Shown here: positions 55,125 to 64,000 of the stretch, piece after piece
Layout: every line of letters starts with the position of its first letter
Position numbering within the stretch: position 1 is the first letter of the stretch
DNA from: Auanema rhodensis
Lineage: Eukaryota > Animalia > Nematoda
Length of the DNA stretch: 64,000 nucleotides
NCBI GenBank assembly: GCA_964057225.1
Contig: OZ059899.1
Span: 10,168,001 to 10,232,000 of the forward strand
Direction of reading: 5' to 3'
Position numbers and translations under genes: made by a program
The notes under the pieces: generated by a model
The model's input: only the letters and a program-made list of their open reading frames with translations
The model's database searches: none
What the model was told of the DNA's origin: nothing

Positions 55125-56484
55125 TAAATTTTTTTCATTTGACTTGTCATTTGCAAAAATCAAATTTATCTTCTTCAACGATTATTTTTGCAATGTGTCA
55201 TAAAAATTTCACAGTTGAACAAAACGTTTTTTAAGAATTTTTTTTGTTGTCAACATATATATTTTCCTGGAATTCGAAAACATTTGGGATGGAAATTAGA
55301 AAGAAAAGAACTAGTTTTTCCTATTTTAAAACAAACAAAAAAAAATAAAATGAAAAAGATTGTTAGATATCCAATTTAAACTTATACATTTACTTCGATA
55401 AAGAGCCTATTAGTTTGAAATTTTATGTCTTACAGTTCTCCAACAGAACAGACTGATCCTGATTTCTCTATGATTACATAAAACTCTCGTTTGATATAAA
55501 AAATGAAGAGGAATAACGTTTCCAGGATGTCAATGATATCGAATCTAGTGATATTGTAAAAAAATATAATGTCAGCTCCATAGGTTTTCTCTTAATTTCT
55601 CTCATCACAATTGTCTTAGTTTTTTTTCTCATAAGAGTTTCTGAAATCTTAGGTGAACAAGGCCGTATATATTTTTTTCTGGAATTCGAAAGCATTTGGG
55701 ATGGAAATTAGAAAGAAAAGAACTAGTTTTTCCTACTTTAAAACAAACAATAAGAAATAAAATAAAAAAGATTGTTAGATATCCAATTTAAAGTTATACA
55801 TTTACTTCGATAAAGAGCCTATTAGTTTGAAATTTTATGTCTTACAGTTCTCCAACAGAACAGACTGATCCTGATTTCTCTATGATTACATAAAACTCTC
55901 GTTTGATATAAAAAAAGAAGAGGAATAACGTTTCCAGGATGTCAATGATATCGAATCTAGTGATATTGTAGAAAAATGTAATGTCAGCTCCATAGGTTTT
56001 CTCTTAATTTCTCTCATCACAATTGTCTTAGTTTTTTTTCTCATAAGAGTTTCTGAAATCTTAGGTGAACAAGGCCGTATATATTTTTTTCTGGAATTCG
56101 AAAGCATTTGGGATGGAAATTAGAAAGAAAAGAACTAGTTTTTCCTACTTTAAAACAAACAATAAGAAATAAAATAAAAAAGATTGTTAGATATCCAATT
56201 TAAAGTTATACATTTACTTCGATAAAGAGCCTATTAGTTTGAAATTTTATGTCTTACAGTTCTCCAACAGAACAGACTGATCCTGATTTCTCTATGATTA
56301 CATAAAACTCTCGTTTGATATAAAAAAAGAAGAGGAATAACGTTTCCAGAATGTCAATGATATCGAATCTAGTGATATTGTAGAAAAATGTAATGTCAGC
56401 TCCATAGGTTTTCTCTTAATTTCTCTCATCACAATTGTCTTAGTTTTTTTTCTCATAAGAGTTTCTGAAATCTTAGGTGAACAA

Positions 56485-56557
56485 GGCCGCGTGGCGCAAT
56501 GGATAACGCGTCTGCCTACGGAGCAGAAGATTGTAGGTTCGAATCCTGCCGTGGTCG
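56485..56557 (+). tRNA. tRNA-Arg(ACG)
   Basis: Same 73-nt sequence. The upstream flank is ggtgaacaa type. Confidence 0.97.
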
Positions 56558-57505
56558 TAAATTTTTTTCATTTCACTTGTCATTTACAAAAATTAAATTT
56601 ATCTTCTTCAACGATTATTTTTGCAATGTGTCATAAAAATTTCACAGTTGAACAAAAAGTTTTTTGAGAATTTTTTTTGTTGTCAACATATATATTTTCC
56701 TGGAATTCGAAAGCATTTGGGATGGAAATTAGAAAGAAAAGAACTAGTTTTTCGTATTTTAAAACAAACAAAAAAAAATAAAATGAAAAAGATTGTTAGA
56801 TATCCAATTTAAACTTATACATTTACTTCGATAAAGAGCCTATTAGTTTGAAATTTTATGTCTTACAGTTCTCCAACAGAACAGACTGATCCTGATTTCT
56901 CTATGATTACATAAAACTCTCGTTTGATATACAAAAAGGAGAGCAATAACGTGTCCAGGATATCAATGATATCGAATCTAGTGATATTGTAGAAAAATGT
57001 AATGTCAGCTCCATAGGTTTTCTCTTAATTTCTCTCATCACAATTGTCTTAGTTTTTTTTCTCATAAGAGTTTCTGAAATCTTAGGTGAACAAGGCCGTA
57101 TATATTTTTTTCTGAAATTCGAAAGCATTTGGGATGGATATTAGAAGGAAAAGAACTAGTTTTTCCTACTTTAAAACAAACAATAAGAAATAAAATAAAA
57201 AAGATTGTTAGATATCCAATTTAAACTTATACATTTACTTTGATAAAGAGCCTATTAGTTTGAAATTTTATGTCTTACAGTTCTCCAACAGAACAGACTG
57301 ATCCTGATTTCTCTATGATTACATAAAACTCTCGTTTGATATAAAAAAAGAAGAGGAATAACGTTTCCAGGATGTCAATGATATCGAATCTAGTGATATT
57401 GTAGAAAAATGTAATGTCAGCTCCATAGGTTTTCTCTTAATTTCTCTCATCACAATTGTCTTAGTTTTTTTTCTCATAAGAGTTTCTGAAATCTTAGGTG
57501 AACAA

Positions 57506-57578
57506 GGCCGCGTGGCGCAATGGATAACGCGTCTGCCTACGGAGCAGAAGATTGTAGGTTCGAATCCTGCCGTGGTCG
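57506..57578 (+). tRNA. tRNA-Arg(ACG)
   Basis: Same 73-nt sequence. The upstream flank is ggtgaacaa type. Confidence 0.97.
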
Positions 57579-58936
57579 TAAATTTTTTTCATTTCACTTG
57601 TCATTTACAAAAATTAAATTTATCTTCTTCAACGATTATTTTCGCAATGTGTCATAAAAATTTCACAGTTGAACAAAAAGTTTTTTGAGAATTTTTTTTG
57701 TTGTCAACATATATATTTTCCTGGAATTCGAAAGCATTTGGGATGGAAATTAGAAAGAAAAGAACTAGTTTTTCCTATTTTAAAACAAACAAAAAAAAAT
57801 AAAATGAAAAAGATTGTTAGATATCCAATTTAAACTTATACATTTACTTCGATAAAGAGCCTATTAGTTTGAAATTTTATGTCTTACAGTTCTCCAACAG
57901 AACAGACTGATCCTGATTTCTCTATGATTACATAAAACTCTCGTTTGATATACAAAAAGGAGAGGAATAACGTGTCCAGGATATCAATGATATCGAATCT
58001 AGTGATATTGTAGAAAAATGTAATGTCAGCTCCATAGGTTTTCTCTTAATTTCTCTCATCACAATTGTCTTAGTTTTTTTTCTCATAAGAGTTTCTGGAA
58101 TCTTAGGTGAACAAGGCCGTATATATTTTTTTCTGGAATTCGAAAGCATTTGGGATGGAAATTAGAAAGAAAAGAACTAGTTTTTCCTACTTTAAAACAA
58201 ACAATAAGAAATAAAATAAAAAAGATTGTTAGATATCCAATTTAAACTTATACATTTACTTCGATAAAGAGCCTATTAGTTTGAAATTTTATGTCTTACA
58301 GTTCTCCAACAGAACAGACTGATCCTGATTTCTCTATGATTATATAAAACTCTCGTTTGATATAAAAAAAGAAGAGGAATAACGTTTCCAGGATGTCAAT
58401 GATATCGAATCTAGTGATATTGTAAAAAAATGTAATGTCAGCTCCATAAGTTTTCTCTTAATTTCTCTCATCACAATTGTCTTAGTTTTTTTTCTCATAA
58501 GAGTTTCTGAAATCTTAGGTGAACAAGGCCGTATATATTTTTTTATGGAATTCGAAAGCATTTGGGATGGAAATTAGAAAGAAAAGAACTAGTTTTTCCT
58601 ACTTTAAAACATACAATAAGAAATAAAATAAAAAAGATTGTTAGATATCCAATTTAAACTTATACATTTACTTCGATAAAGAGCCTATTAGTTTGAAATT
58701 TTATGTCTTACAGTTCTCCAACAGAACAGACTGATCCTGATTTCTCTATGATTACATAAAACTCTCGTTTGATATACAAAAAGGAGAGGAATAACGTTTC
58801 CAGGATATCAATGATATCGAATCTAGTGATATTGTAGAAAAATGTAATGTCAGCTCCATAGTTTTTCTCTTAATTTCTCTCATCACAATAGTCTTATTTT
58901 TTTTTCATAAGAGTTTCTGAAATCTTAGTTGAACAA

Positions 58937-59009
58937 GGCCGCGTGGCGCAATGGATAACGCGTCTGCCTACGGAGCAGAAGATTGTAGGTTCGAATCCTG
59001 CCGTGGTCG
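58937..59009 (+). tRNA. tRNA-Arg(ACG)
   Basis: Same 73-nt sequence. Confidence 0.97.
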
Positions 59010-59955
59010 TAAATTTTTTTCATTTGACTTGTCATTTACAAAAATCAAATTTATCTTCTTCAACGATTATTTTTGCAATGTGTCATAAAAATTTCACAGT
59101 TGAACAAAACGTTTTTTAAGAATTTTTTTTGTTGTCAACATATATATTTTCCTGGAATTCGAAAGCATTTGGGATGGAAATTAGAAAGAAAAGAACTAGT
59201 TTTTCCTATTTTAAAACAAACAAAAAAAAATAAAATGAAAAAGATTGTTAGATATCCAATTTAAACTTATACATTTACTTCGATAAAGAGCCTATTAGTT
59301 TGAAATTTTATGTCTTACAGTTCTCCAACAGAACAGACTGATCCTGATTTCTCTATGATTACATAAAATTCTCGTTTGATATAAAAAAAGAAGAGGAATA
59401 ACGTTTCCAGGATGTCAATGATATCGAATCTAGTGATATTGTAGAAAAATGTAATGTCAGCTCCATAGGTTTTCTCTTAATTTCTCTCATCACAATTGTC
59501 TTAGTTTTTTTTCTCATAAGAGTTTCTGAAATCTTAGGTGAACAAGGCCGTATATATTTTTTTCTGGAATTCGAAAGCATTTGGGATGGAAATTAGAAAG
59601 AAAAGAACTAGTTTTTCCTACTTTAAAACAAACAATAAGAAATAAAATAAAAAAGATTGTTAGATATCCAATTTAAACTTATACATTTACTTCGATAAAG
59701 AGCCTATTAGTTTGAAATTTTATGTCTTACAGTTCTCCAACAGAACAGACTGATCCTGATTTCTCTATGATTACATAAAACTCTCGTTTGATATACAAAA
59801 AGGAGAGGAATAACGTTTCCAGGATATCAATGATATCGAATCTAGTGATATTGTAGAAAAATGTAATGTCAGCTCCATAGTTTTTCTCTAAATTTCTCTC
59901 ATCACAATAGTCTTATTTTTTTTTCATAAGAGTTTCTGAAATCTTAGTTGAACAA

Positions 59956-60028
59956 GGCCGCGTGGCGCAATGGATAACGCGTCTGCCTACGGAGCAGAAG
60001 ATTGTAGGTTCGAATCCTGCCGTGGTCG
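59956..60028 (+). tRNA. tRNA-Arg(ACG)
   Basis: Same 73-nt sequence. Confidence 0.97.
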
Positions 60029-62207
60029 TAAATTTTTTTCATTTCACTTGTCATTTACAAAAATTAAATTTATCTTCTTCAACGATTATTTTTGCAATGT
60101 GTCATAAAAATTTCACAGTTGAACAAAAAGTTTTTTGAGAATTTTTTTTGTTGTCAACATATATATTTTCCTGGAATTCGAAAGCATTTGGGATGGAAAT
60201 TAGAAAGAAAAGAACTAGTTTTTCCTATTTTAAAACAAACAAAAAAAAATAAAATGAAAAAGATTGTTAGATATCCAATTTAAACTTATACATTTACTTC
60301 GATAAAGAGCCTATTAGTTTGAAATTTTATGTCTTACAGTTCTCCAACAGAACAGACTGATCCTGATTTCTCTATGATTACATAAAACTCTCGTTTGATA
60401 TACAAAAAGGAGAGGAATAACGTGTCCAGGATATCAATGATATCGAATCTAGTGATATTGTAGAAAAATGTAATGTCAGCTCCATAGGTTTTCTCTTAAT
60501 TTCTCTCATCACAATTGTCTTAGTTTTTTTTCTCATAAGAGTTTCTGAAATCTTAGGTGAACAAGGCCGTATATATTTTTTTCTGGAATTCGAAAGCATT
60601 TGGGATGGATATTAGAAGGAAAAGAACTAGTTTTTCCTACTTTAAAACAAACAATAAGAAATAAAATAAAAAAGATTGTTAGATATCCAATTTAAACTTA
60701 TACATTTACTTTGATAAAGAGCCTATTAGTTTGAAATTTTATGTCTTACAGTTCTCCAACAGAACAGACTGATCCTGATTTCTCTATGATTATATAAAAC
60801 TCTCGTTTGATATAAAAAAAGAAGAGGAATAACGTTTCCAGGATGTCAATGATATCGAATCTAGTGATATTGTAAAAAAATGTAATGTCAGCTCCATAAG
60901 TTTTCTCTTAATTTCTCTCATCACAATTGTCTTAGTTTTTTTTCTCATAAGAGTTTCTGAAATCTTAGGTGAACAAGGCCGTATATATTTTTTTATGGAA
61001 TTCGAAAGCATTTGGGATGGAAATTAGAAAGAAAAGAACTAGTTTTTCCTACTTTAAAACATACAATAAGAAATAAAATAAAAAAGATTGTTAGATATCC
61101 AATTTAAACTTATACATTTACTTTGATAAAGAGCCTATTAGTTTGAAATTTTATGTCTTACAGTTCTCCAACAGAACAGACTGATCCTGATTTCTCTATG
61201 ATTATATAAAACTCTCGTTTGATATAAAAAAAGAAGAGGAATAACGTTTCCAGGATGTCAATGATATCGAATCTAGTGATATTGTAAAAAATGTAATGTC
61301 AGCTCCATAAGTTTTCTCTTAATTTCTCTCATCACAATTGTCTTAGTTTTTTTTCTCATAAGAGTTTCTGAAATCTTAGGTGAACAAGGCCGTATATATT
61401 TTTTTATGGAATTCGAAAGCATTTGGGATGGAAATTAGAAAGAAAAGAACTAGTTTTTCCTACTTTAAAACATACAATAAGAAATAAAATAAAAAAGATT
61501 GTTAGATATCCAATTTAAACTTATACATTTACTTCGATAAAGAGCCTATTAGTTTGAAATTTTATGTCTTACAGTTCTCCAACAGAACAGACTGATCCTG
61601 ATTTCTCTATGATTACATAAAACTCTCGTTTGATATACAAAAAGGAGAGGAATAACGTTTCCAGGATATCAATGATATCGAATCTAGTGATATTGTAGAA
61701 AAATGTAATGTCAGCTCCATAGTTTTTCTCTTAATTTCTCTCATCACAATAGTCTTATTTTTTTTTCATAAGAGTTTCTGAAATCTTAGTTGAACAAGGC
61801 CGTATATATTTTTTTCTGGAATTCGAAAGCATTTGGGATGGATATTAGAAGGAAAAGAACTAGCTTTTCCTACTTTAAAACAAACAATAAGAAATAAAAT
61901 AAAAAAGATTGTTAGATATCCAATTTAAACTTATACATTTACTTCGATAAAGAGCCTATTAGTTTGAAATTTTATGTCTTACAGTTCTCCAACAGAACAG
62001 ACTGATCCTGATTTCTCTATGATTACATAAAACTCTCGTTTGATATACAAAAAGGAGAGGAATAACGTTTCCAGGATATCAATGATATCGAATCTAGTGA
62101 TATTGTAGAAAAATGTAATGTCAGCTCCATAGTTTTTCTCTAAATTTCTCTCATCACAATAGTCTTATTTTTTTTTCATAAGAGTTTCTGAAATCTTAGT
62201 TGAACAA

Positions 62208-62279
62208 GGCCGCGTGGCGCAATGGATAACGCGTCTGCCTACGGAGCAGAAGATTGTAGGTTCGAATCCTGCCGTGTCG
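62208..62279 (+). pseudogene. tRNA-Arg(ACG) with 1-nt deletion in the 3' acceptor strand
   Basis: Reads ...gccgtgtcg rather than ...gccgtggtcg (72 nt). It could be a sequencing error. Confidence 0.6.
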
Positions 62280-62815
62280 TAAATTTTTTTCATTTGACTT
62301 GTCATTTACAAAAATCAAATTTATCTTCTTCAACGATTATTTTTGCAATGTGTCATAAAAATTTCACAGTTGAACAAAACGTTTTTTAAGAATTTTTTTT
62401 GTTGTCAACATATATATTTTCCTGGAATTCGAAAGCATTTGGGATGGAAATTAGAAAGAAAAGAACTAGTTTTTCCTATTTTAAAACAAACAAAAAAAAA
62501 TAAAATGAAAAAGATTGTTAGATATCCAATTTAAACTTATACATTTACTTCGATAAAGAGCCTATTAGTTTGAAATTTTATGTCTTACAGTTCTCCAACA
62601 GAACAGACTGATCCTGATTTCTCTATGATTACATAAAATTCTCGTTTGATATAAAAAAAGAAGAGGAATAACGTTTCCAGGATGTCAATGATATCGAATC
62701 TAGTGATATTGTAAAAAAATGTAATGTCAGCTCCATAGGTTTTCTCTTAATTTCTCTCATCACAATTGTCTTAGTTTTTTTTCTCATAAGAGTTCCTGAA
62801 ATCTTAGGTGAACAA

Positions 62816-62888
62816 GGCCGCGTGGCGCAATGGATAACGCGTCTGCCTACGGAGCAGAAGATTGTAGGTTCGAATCCTGCCGTGGTCG
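62816..62888 (+). tRNA. tRNA-Arg(ACG)
   Basis: Same 73-nt sequence. The upstream flank is ggtgaacaa type. Confidence 0.97.
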
Positions 62889-63833
62889 TAAATTTTTTTC
62901 ATTTCACTTGTCATTTACAAAAATTAAATTTATCTTCTTCAACGATTATTTTTGCAATGTGTCATAAAAATTTCACAGTTGAACAAAAAGTTTTTTGAGA
63001 ATTTTTTTTGTTGTCAACATATATATTTTCCTGGAATTCGAAAGCATTTGGGATGGAAATTAGAAAGAAAAGAACTAGTTTTTCCTATTTTAAAACAAAC
63101 AAAAAAAATAAAATGAAAAAGATTGTTAGATATCCAATTTAAACTTATACATTTACTTCGATAAAGAGCCTATTAGTTTGAAATTTTATGTCTTACAGTT
63201 CTCCAACAGAACAGACTGATCCTGATTTCTCTATGATTACATAAAACTCTCGTTTGATATACAAAAAGGAGAGGAATAACGTGTCCAGGATATCAATGAT
63301 ATCGAATCTAGTGATATTGTAGAAAAATGTAATGTCAGCTCCATAGGTTTTCTCTTAATTTCTCTCATTACAATTGTCTTAGTTTTTTTTCTCATAAGAG
63401 TTTCTGAAATCTTAGGTGAACAAGGCCGTATATATTTTTTTCTGGAATTCGAAAGCATTTGGGATGGAAATTAGAAAGAAAAGAACTAGTTTTTCCTACT
63501 TTAAAACAAACAATAAGAAATAAAATAAAAAAGATTGTTAGATATCCAATTTAAACTTATACATTTACTTCGATAAAGAGCCTATTAGTTTGAAATTTTA
63601 TGTCTTACAGTTCTCCAACAGAACAGACTGATCCTGATTTCTCTATGATTACATAAAACTCTCGTTTGATATACAAAAAGGAGAGGAATAACGTTTCCAG
63701 GATATCAATGATATCGAATCTAGTGATATTGTAGAAAAATGTAATGTCAGCTCCATAGTTTTTCTCTAAATTTCTCTCATCACAATAGTCTTATTTTTTT
63801 TTCATAAGAGTTTCTGAAATCTTAGTTGAACAA

Positions 63834-63906
63834 GGCCGCGTGGCGCAATGGATAACGCGTCTGCCTACGGAGCAGAAGATTGTAGGTTCGAATCCTGCCG
63901 TGGTCG
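63834..63906 (+). tRNA. tRNA-Arg(ACG)
   Basis: Same 73-nt sequence. Confidence 0.97.
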
Positions 63907-64000
63907 TAAATTTTTTTCATTTGACTTGTCATTTACAAAAATCAAATTTATCTTCTTCAACGATTATTTTTGCAATGTGTCATAAAAATTTCACAGTTGA

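Larger units (their letters stand above)
19331..64000. repeat. 412-bp satellite / 609-bp tRNA-unit mixed array, right block
   Basis: Continuous head-to-tail monomers. Every tRNA-to-tRNA distance is ~609 + n x 412 (608, 1018-1021, 1431-1433, 2252-2255, 2667, 3076-3078, 3901-3903, 5138, 6781). Confidence 0.98.

Noticed and set aside
1552-63458. Roughly a hundred copies of a 73/88-aa minus-strand ORF (MLSNSRKK...)
   Set aside because: It lies within the satellite monomer, is freely frameshifted by homopolymer changes, is broken in tRNA units and has no recognisable domain.
1-64000. CRISPR-like or prokaryotic repeat system
   Set aside because: Repeats are whole 412/609-bp monomers with no unique spacers and no cas genes. 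The sequence has spliceosomal introns and tRNAs lacking an encoded CCA.

Overview
Eukaryotic, very AT-rich tandem-repeat DNA, almost certainly from a nematode. The basis is a tRNA-Arg(ACG) gene essentially identical to the Caenorhabditis-type sequence and 37-50 nt introns with TTTCAG-type acceptors. The window is about 120 head-to-tail copies of a 412-bp satellite monomer. Interspersed are 21 copies of a longer 609-bp form carrying a + strand tRNA-Arg(ACG) gene with a T7 Pol III terminator. The 412-bp monomer equals the 609-bp unit minus ~197 bp and keeps only the first 5 nt of the tRNA (GGCCG). Between ~8.06 and 19.33 kb there are three near-identical ~4.0-kb tandem units. Each holds a 3.26-kb Mutator-like (MULE) element with a reconstructable 17-exon, ~710-aa DDE + CxxH + SWIM-like transposase. 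Its right end is fused into the first bases of a tRNA-Arg gene, so that the terminal GCCC stands in for the tRNA's GGCC. The subterminal region also carries a 12/13 copy of the tRNA A-box region. The left end (TIR and promoter) is missing and replaced by a microhomology junction with the satellite. The best candidate for an undescribed system is a tRNA-gene-targeting Mutator transposon, possibly linked to the birth of the tRNA-less satellite. This rests on one insertion event amplified three times, so targeting is a hypothesis. The many 63/73/88-aa ORFs are satellite artefacts.
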